A DNA stretch of 64,000 bases from Longimicrobiales bacterium (GTDB lineage Bacteria > Gemmatimonadota > Gemmatimonadetes > Longimicrobiales > Gaopeijiaceae), in assembly GCA_965226375.1 (NCBI GenBank), contig CBDDCX010000008.1, positions 1,120,001 to 1,184,000 on the forward strand, in the 5' to 3' direction. Position numbers and translations under genes: made by a program. The stretch's first letter is position 1, and each line of letters begins with the position of its first letter. The notes under the pieces were generated by a model that saw only the letters and a program-made list of their open reading frames with translations, was not told where the DNA came from and searched no databases. Positions 24,032 through 33,983 of the stretch are shown here, in pieces.

Positions 24032-26562
24032 TGGGCAAGAACAAGCGACTCGGCGGTTCCGAAACCTCGCCCGACCGAAGTCCGGGTACGGGAGTGGAGA
24101 TCCCGGCATGGCTGCCCCCGGTGTTGTATGGGGCAGCCACTCTGTTTCTCTTCCGAGCCTTCGTGTTCTCCGACGCCATGCTGTACGGCTCCGACACGGA
24201 AAGCCTGGGCTATATGGCGCGTGAGTTCTACGCCAACGCGGTGAAAGGGGGAGGGGGGTTCCCGTTGTGGAATCCCATTATCCTCGGGGGCACTCCTTTC
24301 ATCGAGTCGCTGGCCGGGGGAGACTCCCTTTACCCGCCGAGCGCCATTCTCCTTTTTCTGTTGGATCCTCACCGTGCTTTGGGGTGGAAGCTGGTCTGGC
24401 ACGTCTTCTTCGCCGGCATCTTCATGTACGGCTGGATCCGCTGCTTGGACCTGTCTCGGGCCTCGGCGCTCCTGGCCGGGTTGGCGTACGGGTCAGCGCC
24501 CTTCATGGTGTCGCTGGTTCACGGAGGGCAGGACGGGAAGATCTTCGTCATGTCGCTCACTCCGCTGCTGTTCTGGGCCACCGAGTCGTTTTTCATCCGC
24601 TCGACTCCTGCCCGTTTCGCGGTTGTCAGCCTGGTCATCGGTGGCATCATTCTCACGACTCACTTCCAGACCGCCTACTTCCTGTTCTGGGGAGTAGGGG
24701 CGTATGCGCTCCTGCGCACCATCCAGTTGTGGCGCCAGGGGGCCACCGAGGACGGGAGTTCTGCTCCCGTGGGGCACGGCGAGAGCGGTCGTGCTGCCTT
24801 CGCCCGATTCGGCGCCTTCATGTTGGCCGCCATCCTGGGAGCCGGGATCGCGGCCGTCCAGCTTATTCCGGCGAGCACTTATGTGGTCGACCACTCCCGT
24901 CGGACCTCCACCACTACCCAGGCGGATGACCGGGAGGCGATCGCCTACTCCAGTTCCTGGTCTCTGCATCCAGAAGAGATCGTAGGACTGGTCGTCCCCG
25001 AATTCGTGGGCGTGTCGGGAGCCGAAGCCGACTGGGCCCAGGGCACCTACTGGGGCCGCAACGGTTTCAAGGGTAATCACGAGTACGGCGGCCTCGTCGT
25101 CCTCCTGCTGGCGGCGGTCTCCTTCTTCGGTGGGGCGCGGAGATACCTTCGCTACTTTCTGGCCGGTCTCGGCGGCTTCGCCCTGCTTTTCTGTCTGGGG
25201 AGCCACACGCCGGTATGGAGGCTCACCTACGAGCTCATCCCCGGAATCTCCCTTTTCCGCGCGCCTTCTCTCGCGATTTTTCTCTTCGGCTTCAGCACGG
25301 CGACGCTCATGGCGTTCGGAGTGGAACGGCTTCTCGAACTGTCCAGGGAGGGAAGCGAGAGCCAGTGGACTCGACCTGGACGCTTCCTCTGGATGTCGTC
25401 CGGACTGTTTCTGCTGGGCCTCCTCCTGGCGGCCTCGGGTATCCTTACGAGTGTGTGGACCGCGGCCATCTATCGGGACATCCCGGAAAGGTCGGTCGAG
25501 ATTCTCGTCCGTGCCCAGCCGTTTATTCTTCGGGGGTTCATGGTGGCCGTGTTGCTTGCGACGGCCACGGCCGCCGTCGCCTGGGGTCTTCGCACCGCTC
25601 GGCTGGCGCCGGCGGGAGCCGTGCTGGCACTTGCGATACTGATCGGTGGGGACCTCGTTCGGGTCGATAACGCGTTCATCCGCACCACGGACTTCGGGCT
25701 CTTTCGAGGCACCGACCCCAACATCGACATGTTGCTTGAGCGACAACGTACCGAGGATCCGTTTCGGGTGTTCTCCCTACAGGGGTTCCAGGGCCAAGAC
25801 GTACGACCCGGCATGTTCGGTCTCGAGCTGGCCGGCGGGCATCATCCCAATGACCTGGCTCGGTACCGGGACGTGATCGGAATGGTTGGAAGTAGCCTTC
25901 CCGTGAATCTGGTCGGCTCGGCGAACGTGCTGCGCATGTTGAACGTGCGATACATCCTGTGGCCGGAGCAGCTAGGCACCCCCGAGGACCAGGGACTGCC
26001 GGCGCCCGTCACGGACAACCTGGAGCTGGTCAGCCAGACGACCATCGGGGGCCGTCCCTATGAGTCGGTCTACCGCTTTACGGACCTTCCCAGAGCCAGG
26101 CTGGTGGGGAGCGCCGTCGTCCTTCCCGATGATCAGGCCGTGCCCTTCATGCTCAGCGAGGGCTTTGACCCGGCCGTACAGGTGGTCCTCAACGCCCCTC
26201 CTCCAATCGATCTGCCGGGCGAGCCGGTCGAGGGATCCGTGGAGTGGCTCGAGCGGGGCAACAATCGGATGAGCCTCCGGGTGACCGCAGACCGTGCTGG
26301 GCTTCTGGTGCTGGCGGACAACTGGTTCCCCGCATGGCGAGCGCGGGTAGACGATGAAGATGCGCCCGTCCTCAGGGCGAACCACACGCTGCGCGCCGTA
26401 CCGGTGCCGGCCGGCGTCCATGAAGTGGCGCTCTCATACGAGTCGCCGCAGCTCGGTTGGAGCCTCCGGCTCACGGTCTTGAGCCTGGTGCTGGTATCGC
26501 TGCTGCCGGGCGCGCAGTGGGTGCTCGAGCGGAGGCGAGGGAGAGGACGAGAACCCCAGTGA
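24031..26562 (+). CDS. YfhO-family polytopic membrane protein (putative GT-C glycosyltransferase)
   Basis: PLWNP..LGGTPF, many TM helices, FRAP, LNVRYI, LVLADNWFPAWRA..LRANHTLRAV C-terminal module. Confidence 0.8.
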   Translation: MGKNKRLGGSETSPDRSPGTGVEIPAWLPPVLYGAATLFLFRAFVFSDAMLYGSDTESLGYMAREFYANAVKGGGGFPLWNPIILGGTPFIESLAGGDSLYPPSAILLFLLDPHRALGWKLVWHVFFAGIFMYGWIRCLDLSRASALLAGLAYGSAPFMVSLVHGGQDGKIFVMSLTPLLFWATESFFIRSTPARFAVVSLVIGGIILTTHFQTAYFLFWGVGAYALLRTIQLWRQGATEDGSSAPVGHGESGRAAFARFGAFMLAAILGAGIAAVQLIPASTYVVDHSRRTSTTTQADDREAIAYSSSWSLHPEEIVGLVVPEFVGVSGAEADWAQGTYWGRNGFKGNHEYGGLVVLLLAAVSFFGGARRYLRYFLAGLGGFALLFCLGSHTPVWRLTYELIPGISLFRAPSLAIFLFGFSTATLMAFGVERLLELSREGSESQWTRPGRFLWMSSGLFLLGLLLAASGILTSVWTAAIYRDIPERSVEILVRAQPFILRGFMVAVLLATATAAVAWGLRTARLAPAGAVLALAILIGGDLVRVDNAFIRTTDFGLFRGTDPNIDMLLERQRTEDPFRVFSLQGFQGQDVRPGMFGLELAGGHHPNDLARYRDVIGMVGSSLPVNLVGSANVLRMLNVRYILWPEQLGTPEDQGLPAPVTDNLELVSQTTIGGRPYESVYRFTDLPRARLVGSAVVLPDDQAVPFMLSEGFDPAVQVVLNAPPPIDLPGEPVEGSVEWLERGNNRMSLRVTADRAGLLVLADNWFPAWRARVDDEDAPVLRANHTLRAVPVPAGVHEVALSYESPQLGWSLRLTVLSLVLVSLLPGAQWVLERRRGRGREPQ

Positions 26563-27506
26563 AACAGGCAGGCCTCCGAATCGCCCAGATCGGCCTCACG
26601 GTGATCGTCACCTGGTTCATCCTGGACCGAGTGGGTGTCGACCTGGCCGCGCTCGGTACGGTGGAGCCGGCCGAATGGAGACCCAACCTGCTCCTTCTGG
26701 CCGTTTCATGCCTCGTCCTTCTTCTGGGCTACCTCTTCTCGGCCTGGCTTTGGGGACGGATCGTCCGTGACCTCGGAGGTCCCACCCTTTCCGCGTGGAC
26801 GGCTATGCGGCTCTTCATGGTCGCCAACCTCGGCCGATATGTGCCAGGAAAGGTGTGGCAGATTGCCGGCTTGGCCTACTTGGCCAAAGGAGAGGGCGTT
26901 TCGGGCGGCGTGGCCACGGGAGCGGCCGTGCTGGGGCAAGGTGTGGCGCTCCTGGCCGCCTCCCTCCTGGGCCTCGGTACGTTGTTCGGGCCCGACGAAG
27001 TCTGGCGTCGGTTCAGCTGGATGGGCCTGGTGGGCGGTATCGCCGTTGCGGTGGTCATCATCGCGGCGGTCACTGTGCCATCCCTCTTCCGGCGTGTGGT
27101 ACGCGGCTGGTGTCGGCTGACCCGCACGGCTCCGCCCGAGCACCCACGGAACGGGAGTAACGTCGGTCTCCGGTGGCTCGCCTTATACGTGCTGAACTGG
27201 GGGATCTACGCCACGGCGTTTTGGTTACTTTACCTCAGCTTCGGCGAATGGAAGACGTTCATGCAGGTTGGTCCCGCCTTTGCTGCGGCCTATGTCGCAG
27301 GGTATCTGGCCATCTTCGCTCCCGCTGGAGCAGGCATACGCGAGGGTTTCTTGATCGCCTTGCTACAGCCGACCATGAGCGGGGAGACGGCACTCGTGGT
27401 CGCGCTGGTGGCGCGGGTCTGGACCACTGCGGTGGAGCTCGTGCCGGCGGCGTTCTTTGCCGTCATGCATACTCGAACCTCCAACTTCCAACTGACCGAT
27501 AAGTGA
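26559..27506 (+). CDS. LPG-synthase-TM / flippase-like membrane protein
   Basis: NLGRYVPGKVW and PAGAGIRE motifs; multiple TM helices; GTGA overlap. Confidence 0.8.
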   Translation: MKQAGLRIAQIGLTVIVTWFILDRVGVDLAALGTVEPAEWRPNLLLLAVSCLVLLLGYLFSAWLWGRIVRDLGGPTLSAWTAMRLFMVANLGRYVPGKVWQIAGLAYLAKGEGVSGGVATGAAVLGQGVALLAASLLGLGTLFGPDEVWRRFSWMGLVGGIAVAVVIIAAVTVPSLFRRVVRGWCRLTRTAPPEHPRNGSNVGLRWLALYVLNWGIYATAFWLLYLSFGEWKTFMQVGPAFAAAYVAGYLAIFAPAGAGIREGFLIALLQPTMSGETALVVALVARVWTTAVELVPAAFFAVMHTRTSNFQLTDK

Positions 27507-28234
27507 CAGATCCGACGCCACGTATCCTGGTGATCATCCCCACGTTCAACGAGGCGGACAACCTTCTCCGCATCGTGCCGCTCGTCCTGAACCAGGACCC
27601 CAGAATCGAAGTGTTGGTCGTCGACGACAATTCGCCCGACGGCACGGGCGACCTCGCCGACGACCTGGCAGAAGACCTCGATCGGGTACACGTCCTACAC
27701 CGCCTGGGAAAGCAGGGACTGGGACGGGCCTACCTGGAAGGCTTTCAGTGGGGCCTCGATCGAGACTACGCACTCTTCATCGAGATGGACGCCGACTTTT
27801 CACACGATCCCGACGCGTTACCCGAGTTTATCGAGAAGGCGAACGAGTTCGACGTGGTCCTTGGATCGCGTTATGTGGGGGGACGCGTGACAGTCATCAA
27901 TTGGCCCATGAGTCGCCTTCTCATCAGCTACTTCGGCAGTCGTTACGCACGCATCGTAACGGGTCTGCCCGTGCGTGATGCCACCGGGGGTTTCAACTGT
28001 TGGCGCAGGGAAGTCCTGACGGCTTTGAACCTCGAGAAGATCGAATCGAACGGATACACGTTCCAGATCGAGCTGAAGTTGAGGGCATGGCGCCGCGGAT
28101 TTTCTCTGACCGAAATACCGATCATCTTCGCGGAGCGGGACTCGGGGGAGTCGAAGATGTCGAAGGCCATCGTGTTCGAGGCGGTCTGGAAGGTCTGGAA
28201 GCTCCGTTTGCTCCACCTTTTCGGTCGACTGTAG
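27503..28234 (+). CDS. Polyprenol-monophosphomannose synthase-like GT2 (Ppm1/DPM1)
   Basis: IIPTFNE, VDDNSPDGT, KQGLGRAY, MDADFSH, GSRY, DATGGF, GYTFQIE, GESKMS. Confidence 0.9.
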   Translation: MTDPTPRILVIIPTFNEADNLLRIVPLVLNQDPRIEVLVVDDNSPDGTGDLADDLAEDLDRVHVLHRLGKQGLGRAYLEGFQWGLDRDYALFIEMDADFSHDPDALPEFIEKANEFDVVLGSRYVGGRVTVINWPMSRLLISYFGSRYARIVTGLPVRDATGGFNCWRREVLTALNLEKIESNGYTFQIELKLRAWRRGFSLTEIPIIFAERDSGESKMSKAIVFEAVWKVWKLRLLHLFGRL

Positions 28235-28245
28235 TCCGTCGCTCC

Positions 28246-28857
28246 ATGCCGATCCAGCACCTACTCTACCGATGCCCCCGGTGCGGCCACGACCCCACGA
28301 CCGCGACCACCAGTGGCGCTCGATGTGACTCTTGCGGGACCACGTTCGAGCAGGGAAGGGCCGCGGTGGTCCTCGTTCGCTCCCCCGACGGGGACCTGGA
28401 AGAAGCCTCTGCCTGCACTCTGATTGCCGCCATCGACGCGTTTGGTGGTGCGGCCGAGGGTGCGGAGGGGAACGTTTCATACGAAGCCCAGGTGGTGGTG
28501 GCACGCGGAAATCAACATCAGGCGGTGTGGTGGAAGCGCAGGGTCGTGGGTTTTTTCGAGCTCCTGACCGAACGCAGAAAGGCGACGCTCCGGCTCGACG
28601 GCACGAAGTTGACGGTTACCTCCATCGATCGGGAACCGCTCATCTGGAAGGTGGAGAACATCCGGGCCATGCAGATCAGCTCCACGTCCATCCAGCTCAA
28701 CATCCGGGGCGTCGGGCTTTATCAGATGGAGTTTCTGAGCGACTCGCCGAAACGCTGGGAGGACCTGCTGAAGGCCGCCCTACGCCGCGTCCACGCGGCC
28801 CTCGGCCGGGAAGTCATGGAGTTTCAGCCGCAGATCATCACGAGAGCGCAGTCGTGA
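28246..28857 (+). CDS. Hypothetical protein with N-terminal zinc ribbon
   Basis: LLYRCPRCG..CDSCG; coupled by GTGA overlap to the acyltransferase. Confidence 0.65.
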   Translation: MPIQHLLYRCPRCGHDPTTATTSGARCDSCGTTFEQGRAAVVLVRSPDGDLEEASACTLIAAIDAFGGAAEGAEGNVSYEAQVVVARGNQHQAVWWKRRVVGFFELLTERRKATLRLDGTKLTVTSIDREPLIWKVENIRAMQISSTSIQLNIRGVGLYQMEFLSDSPKRWEDLLKAALRRVHAALGREVMEFQPQIITRAQS

Positions 28858-29483
28858 TCCTCCTTCGTACAGCACGTGCGATTGCCGGAGTATACTTCAG
28901 AACCATCATCAAGCTCCGCTTCGAAGGGACGGAACACGTCCCGGTGAAGGGGGCGTTCCTCCTCGTGATGAACCACCAGAGCCACCTCGATCCTTTGCTG
29001 GTACACACCTATTGTCCGCGGTTCCTCTTCACCATGACAAAGAGTTCGGCCTTCCGTAACAGGGTGATGCGATGGGTTGAGCCACGGGTCGGGGCGTTTC
29101 CCACCCGCCGCTACCAGGTGGATCCCCAAGCCGTTCGGGTGGCGCTCCGATATCTGGAAGAAGGCAAGGCCGTAGGAGTGTTTCCCGAAGGAGAACGCTC
29201 CTGGGACGCCAAGCTGCAGAAGCTGCGCCCCGGCACGGTACGCCTCATGCTCAAGGGTGGGGTTCCGGTGATCCCTTGTGGTATCGTCGGCACCTATGAG
29301 ATCTGGCCCCGATGGGGAAGCATGAACTGGTTCAAAATTGGCCCCGGGCGACCGCGCGTGACCATCCGGTACGGTGAGCCGCTACACTTCGGGAAGCATG
29401 ACGACAAAGCCGGCCGGGAGGCGATCCTTCCCGAGGCGACCAAACGGGTCGAGGAGGCCCTTCTGGGCCTCATGACGCCGTGA
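28854..29483 (+). CDS. Lysophospholipid acyltransferase (PlsC-like)
   Basis: NHQSHLD, FPEGER, PVIP motifs. Confidence 0.88.
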   Translation: MILLRTARAIAGVYFRTIIKLRFEGTEHVPVKGAFLLVMNHQSHLDPLLVHTYCPRFLFTMTKSSAFRNRVMRWVEPRVGAFPTRRYQVDPQAVRVALRYLEEGKAVGVFPEGERSWDAKLQKLRPGTVRLMLKGGVPVIPCGIVGTYEIWPRWGSMNWFKIGPGRPRVTIRYGEPLHFGKHDDKAGREAILPEATKRVEEALLGLMTP

Positions 29484-30181
29484 GCGACGAGCGCATCGAC
29501 CGGGAGTTCTATGATCGGTCCGACTACTTCGACGAGGACACCCAGCACCTTCAGGACCTCGCGAGCCCGTTCCAGCGCTACCGCGTGGACAAGATCCTTC
29601 AGCTCTACGAACCGTTGCGGGAAGAACGGGTGCTCGACCTGGGGTGTGGGTGGGGCACGTTCTGCTGGGCATTGGCACACCGAGTGCGGGAGATGGTGGG
29701 TCTGGACTTCAGCCAGAAGAGCGTGGACCTGTGCGAGTCCCGGCTCGCACAATCCGTCTTGGACAACGTCTCCTTCGTCTGTGCCGACGCACGGGACACC
29801 GGCTTGGAGGAGGAGAGCTTTGACCTGATCATCGCCGCGGACCTGATGGAGCACTTGTATCCCGACGACAGCCAGGCTGTGATCGCCGAGGCGTTTAGAC
29901 TCCTCGGGAAGGGCGGTCGCCTCGTCATCTGGACTCCTCACCGTGGACACATCCTCGAGATCTTGAAGGCCCGTAACCTCATCATCAAACGAGACGTGAG
30001 CCACGTGGACTACAAGTCCATGGACAGATTGAAGGACATGCTCAATCAGGAGGGCTTCCTGGTGGAGAAGGCCTACTACGCCGAATCGCACCTCCCGGGG
30101 CTTCGCACCGTCGAGCGGGCCCTGTTGTCCCGAATACCCGTGCTGCGGCGCCGGATCGGCGTTCTGGCTCGAAAGCCCTGA
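29480..30181 (+). CDS. Class I SAM-dependent methyltransferase
   Basis: VLDLGCGWG, GLDFS, FDLII..MEHL, LGKGG. Confidence 0.88.
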   Translation: MSDERIDREFYDRSDYFDEDTQHLQDLASPFQRYRVDKILQLYEPLREERVLDLGCGWGTFCWALAHRVREMVGLDFSQKSVDLCESRLAQSVLDNVSFVCADARDTGLEEESFDLIIAADLMEHLYPDDSQAVIAEAFRLLGKGGRLVIWTPHRGHILEILKARNLIIKRDVSHVDYKSMDRLKDMLNQEGFLVEKAYYAESHLPGLRTVERALLSRIPVLRRRIGVLARKP

Positions 30182-30236
30182 TCGTCGCAACTTGAGCTAC
30201 GAGAGTTGGATGGCCCCGGACGCGCGAGGGCAAGAC

Positions 30237-30782
30237 ATGGGGAGAATCGGGGGACTGACAGCGGCAGCCACAGCTGCCATGCTTCTGCAGGGGTGTACGT
30301 TGCTCGCGAGCGGTCCAGTCGTGCCCAGCCCGGGAGACGGGATGAGCATTCCCGTCACCGATGTGCCGGATGCCGTTCCGAAGCCCGAGGTGAAGACCCG
30401 ATCCGGGAATCCCGCGTCGTACGAGGTCGATGGACGCGAATACCACGTCCTGGAGACCAGCGAAGGGTACCGCGAGGTCGCCATAGCCTCCTGGTATGGT
30501 CAGGCGTTTCAGGGTCGCCGCACGTCATCGGGCGAACCCTACGACATGTACCGGATGACGGCAGCCCACAAGACGTTGCCGCTACCGACCTACGTGCGGG
30601 TCACCAACATGGAGAACGGGCGCAGCGTTGTGCTGCGCGTAAACGACCGGGGCCCGTTCATCGAGGGCAGAATCATCGACGTTTCGTTCGTGGCCGCCCA
30701 AAAGCTGGGCATGGTCGGAAGTGGCACCGTCCAGGTCGAGGTGGTAGCCCTCGACCCACCGGCGCGCGATCCCGGTGTGTGA
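30237..30782 (+). CDS. rlpA: Septal ring lytic transglycosylase RlpA family lipoprotein (DPBB, no SPOR domain)
   Basis: Lipobox LQGC, ASWYG, TAAHKTLPLP, VNDRGPF, RIIDVS. Confidence 0.88.
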   Translation: MGRIGGLTAAATAAMLLQGCTLLASGPVVPSPGDGMSIPVTDVPDAVPKPEVKTRSGNPASYEVDGREYHVLETSEGYREVAIASWYGQAFQGRRTSSGEPYDMYRMTAAHKTLPLPTYVRVTNMENGRSVVLRVNDRGPFIEGRIIDVSFVAAQKLGMVGSGTVQVEVVALDPPARDPGV

Positions 30783-30873
30783 GGGGAACCGCAGGGTGCG
30801 GTCTCAGGGTCTGGGAGACGCCTAGGTGATTCTTACTTAATGGAAGTGAAAGAGGGGGTAGTGACCTCCGGGT

Positions 30874-30901
30874 ACTTAACATAATATATATTATACGAAG
30901 T
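30874..30901 (-). other. dif site (XerC/XerD); left junction of the island
   Basis: Minus strand ACTTCGTATAA-TATATA-TTATGTTAAGT: 11-6-11 layout, XerD arm 10/11 identical to E. coli TTATGTTAAAT; intergenic; strand bias flips across this locus. Confidence 0.9.
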
Positions 30902-31208
30902 TACAGACAAAGCTATTTTCTAACTCTATATATATCAATACTTTCGGGGATCGCTAGTACTTATCATAATACCGGCGAGGCTGGATTGCTGGCCCCCTTC
31001 CTCCAGTTCAAAATGCTGGATGGTCCCCTGTCGAATCAAGCCTGCCGGACTCGATCCGCCCGACAGCCATCTCCCGTCATGCCCAGAGGCCAATAGTTGG
31101 TACGTCCAATCCCACTGGCGTATAATATCCGCATGGCCAATTATTCGACAAGAAAATGGAGAGCGGAGACCCGGCCATAACCTCCGCTCCCCAGACAGGA
31201 GGCACAAT

Positions 31209-31598
31209 ATGACGGGATTCGCAAAGCTCACCGTGAAAGCTCTTCGCGCCCTGGCGGAAGAGTATGAGATCCAACTCCCCGCTGGACGGATCACCAAGGG
31301 CAAGCTGATCGAGATCTTGGAGGCGGAGAACATTCAGCCCCCTTGGGATGGTCCGGAATGGAAATGCCCGACTCCGGCCAGCTTGATGAAGGCGGGACTC
31401 CTTCTCGGGATCGCCCCCCGGCCGATCTGGCGGGCAGTTCAAGCTCGCTGGCCCGACTATCGGGGAGCCTCGGGATTAGGATCGGTCGGAGTCTACCGCC
31501 GGGATCTCCAGAAAGAGAAGCTGCTTAACCGCACAGCCCGGATCACTCCGGCAGGTCGGGAGATCTTGGCCGGATTGCAGGGGGTGAAGGACGCCTAG
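31209..31598 (+). CDS. Small island protein with Rho-N/HeH-like N-terminal helix pair
   Basis: AGGAGG RBS; KLTVKALRALAEEYEI..TKGKLIEILE; followed by a terminator hairpin. Confidence 0.65.
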   Translation: MTGFAKLTVKALRALAEEYEIQLPAGRITKGKLIEILEAENIQPPWDGPEWKCPTPASLMKAGLLLGIAPRPIWRAVQARWPDYRGASGLGSVGVYRRDLQKEKLLNRTARITPAGREILAGLQGVKDA

Positions 31599-31624
31599 CC
31601 CCGATCCCTCCCCCTGGAGGAGAG

Positions 31625-31654
31625 AGGCTCCCTGGCTTCGGCTAGGGAGCCTTT
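31625..31654 (+). terminator. Intrinsic terminator-like hairpin
   Basis: AGGCTCCCTGGC-TTCG-GCTAGGGAGCCT then TT, 26 bp after a stop codon. Confidence 0.6.
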
Positions 31655-31720
31655 CCTATTCGGAACCATATTTAGATCATTTGACATGGCTGGGTAATTC
31701 CCTTAGAGGAGAATAAAATC

Positions 31721-32050
31721 ATGAGATCCCGAGGTCATGCTGTCCTTACTCCGGAGAGATGGCGGTCGCCGACAGTGGGTGGATTGTGGCACCAGCACAG
31801 GGATGCTCAGTGGATGAGCAGAGACATCACCACCATGTGGAACTATTGATTGATGCGGGCCATGCCCAATGGAACGATCAAAAGGTAGTGGCTAGGATCA
31901 CGAATGCTGGCTACGACTTCATTGACGGATGCCGTTGAGAAGCAAGAAAGAGTCCGTACGAAGTTTGACCTTGAACTCTTCAAGGCCGGTATGCCCTATC
32001 TCATGGCCGTCAAGGCAGCGCTGGGCGTTCTGAATCTGACGGCGGGCTAG
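31721..32050 (+). pseudogene. Frameshifted DUF2513-like gene
   Basis: Joined frames give MR/DPEVMLSLLR/EM..HHVELLIDAGH..RITNAGYDFI/DAVEK..; TTGACA at 31681 and GAGGAG upstream. Confidence 0.55.
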
Positions 32051-32084
32051 CACAGGGGCCTGCCCCGAGATGATCCAGGCGAGT

Positions 32085-32128
32085 AGAGAGGGCTCCCTAG
32101 CTATCGCGGCTGGGGAGCCTTCTTCTCT
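32085..32128. terminator. Hairpin between convergent island genes
   Basis: GGCTCCCTAGC-TATCGCG-GCTGGGGAGCC with AGAGAG / TTCTTCTCT flanks. Confidence 0.5.
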
Positions 32129-32385
32129 AGGGAAGTATTGACATGATGTCTTCCACCTTGATCCAAGGATAATCATCCGAGTCTCCCCTCTTCTGCTTTA
32201 CTAGTGCCTTGAATTTCTTTGAATCTAGCTCCTTCTTCCCGAGCTTTTCATCCTTCAGAAATTCGAGCGCCACCGGAAATATTGTATGTACCGCAGTCCT
32301 CACATGGAATGAGGGTTCCGTCGCCCGTACTAGCTAGGCACTTCGCGGGCTTCTCGCAGACTGGACAGGTATCTCGCATAATCAT
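32127..32385 (-). pseudogene. Frameshifted small zinc-ribbon protein gene
   Basis: AGGGAGGG RBS; MIMRDTCPVCEK..CEDCGTYNISG, continuing in another frame as ALEFLKDEKLG..IMSILP*. Confidence 0.55.
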
Positions 32386-32533
32386 CCCTCCCTATAAGCT
32401 CGATCAAATTGGCCCATCAACGAGCTGCCCGTACCCTGGATCCACCCGAAGGGGCCGAAACCCTCTCTGCGTGCGTACGTGAGACACGGAGCACGCAAAG
32501 AATTAGAGTAGGGCGAAGGCAGAGAAAACGAAC

Positions 32534-32982
32534 ATGTTGGGACTGCGAGAGAGAATGGCAGAGAATGGTAGTGCCCCTGGAACCGGGGAGGCCAAGCGAA
32601 GCGCGGCAGCTCCTGCGGACCCGGAGGTAGTAGATAGGCCGCTACGGCGGCGGTTCAGTCCGTCGTACAAGCCCGGATCGTCGAAGAAGCGGACCGGTGC
32701 ACCGAGCCCGGCGAGGTGGGTCAAGTCCTGCGGCGAGAGGGCCTGTACTCGTCGCACCTGACGACGTGGCGCAAGGCGGCGCATAGCGGGTCGCTGAAGG
32801 CCCTGTCGAAGAAACGCGGCCGCAAGCCGGAGCGAAATCCGCTGGATGAGAAGGTACGCAAGCTGGAGCGGCGAAACGCACGGCTCGGGAATGAGCTCAG
32901 GAAGGCACACCTGATCATCGACGTGCAGGGAAAAGTTGCGGGGCTGCTGGGGATAAGCCTCGACGACGGGACAAACTCTTGA
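32534..32982 (+). pseudogene. IS3 OrfA, frameshifted
   Basis: GCTGCGGATC in copy 1 is GCCCGGATC here (about 32671), splitting the ORF. Confidence 0.85.
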
Positions 32983-33983
32983 AGGCGGCCGATGAGCTGG
33001 CTAAGCACGTCGGTGTAAAACCGGCGTGCGCGGCCCTCGAGGTCTCCCGATCGACGTTGTACCGTCGTCGAGGCCCATCAACCGATCAACAGCAGCCCCG
33101 CCCGACGCCCGCCCGGGCATTGAGCGAGACGGAACGAGGCGAGGTCTTCGACACGCTGTGTTCGGAGCGGTTCGTGGACCGCTCACCCGCCGAGGTGGTG
33201 GCCACGCTGCTCGACGAAGAGGTCTACCTGTGCAGCGAACGCACGATGTATCGTGTTCTGGCCTCCGAGGTGCCGGTTCAGGAACGCCGGGCGCAGCGCA
33301 CCCATCCCGAGTACAAGAAGCCCGAGTTGATGGCCACGGCGCCGAACCAGGTGTGGTCCTGGGATATCACGCGGCTGCTCGGGCCGAAGAAGTGGAGCTA
33401 TTACTACCTCTACGTCATCATGGACATCTACAGCCGCTACGTCGTGAGCTGGATGGTGGCGGACCGGGAGAACTCGGCCCTGGCCGGCCGGTTGATCCAG
33501 CAGAGCTGCCTGAAGCATGGCGTCCAGCCCCAGGTCCTGACCCTGCACTCGGATCGGGGAGCTCCAATGACGAGCCAATGCACCGCTCAACTTCTCGCTG
33601 ACCTCGGCGTGACCCGCTCGTTGAGCCGGCCTCAGGTGTCGGATGACAACCCGTTTTCCGAGGCTCAGTTCAAAACCTTGAAGAATCCCTCGTTTCCCGG
33701 ACGGTTCGGGGATCAGGGCCAAGCCAAGACGTTCTGTCGATCGTTCTTCCGCTGGTACAATGCCGAGCACCGCCATGGCGGCATCTCGATGCTAACCCCC
33801 GAGCAGGTCCACTTCGGGAACGCCGATCAGGTCATTGCCGGCAGGAAATCCGTGCTCCGCGAAGCATGGGCCGCTCATCCCGAACGCTTCGTCAGAGGTG
33901 TGCCGAATCCCAAACCGCTCCCGGAGGCCGTCTTCATCAATCCTCCCATCCCTTCCCTCACCACACAGGACATTGCTCTCTAA
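32979..33983 (+). CDS. IS3 transposase OrfB (one-codon deletion KYHP>KNP, substitutions)
   Basis: 334 aa versus 335 aa in copy 1; DDE motifs retained. Confidence 0.88.
   Translation: MKAADELAKHVGVKPACAALEVSRSTLYRRRGPSTDQQQPRPTPARALSETERGEVFDTLCSERFVDRSPAEVVATLLDEEVYLCSERTMYRVLASEVPVQERRAQRTHPEYKKPELMATAPNQVWSWDITRLLGPKKWSYYYLYVIMDIYSRYVVSWMVADRENSALAGRLIQQSCLKHGVQPQVLTLHSDRGAPMTSQCTAQLLADLGVTRSLSRPQVSDDNPFSEAQFKTLKNPSFPGRFGDQGQAKTFCRSFFRWYNAEHRHGGISMLTPEQVHFGNADQVIAGRKSVLREAWAAHPERFVRGVPNPKPLPEAVFINPPIPSLTTQDIAL

Noticed and set aside
30888..30904. loxP-like sequence (TATACGAAGTTA matches a loxP arm)
   Set aside because: Only one arm is present; the other side is a XerD arm with 6-bp spacing, so this is dif, not an engineered or P1 lox site.
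32138..32145. Second TTGACATG after a hairpin, suggesting repeated promoter cassettes
   Set aside because: Falls within the 3' end of the minus-strand zinc-ribbon gene and has no downstream + strand ORF.
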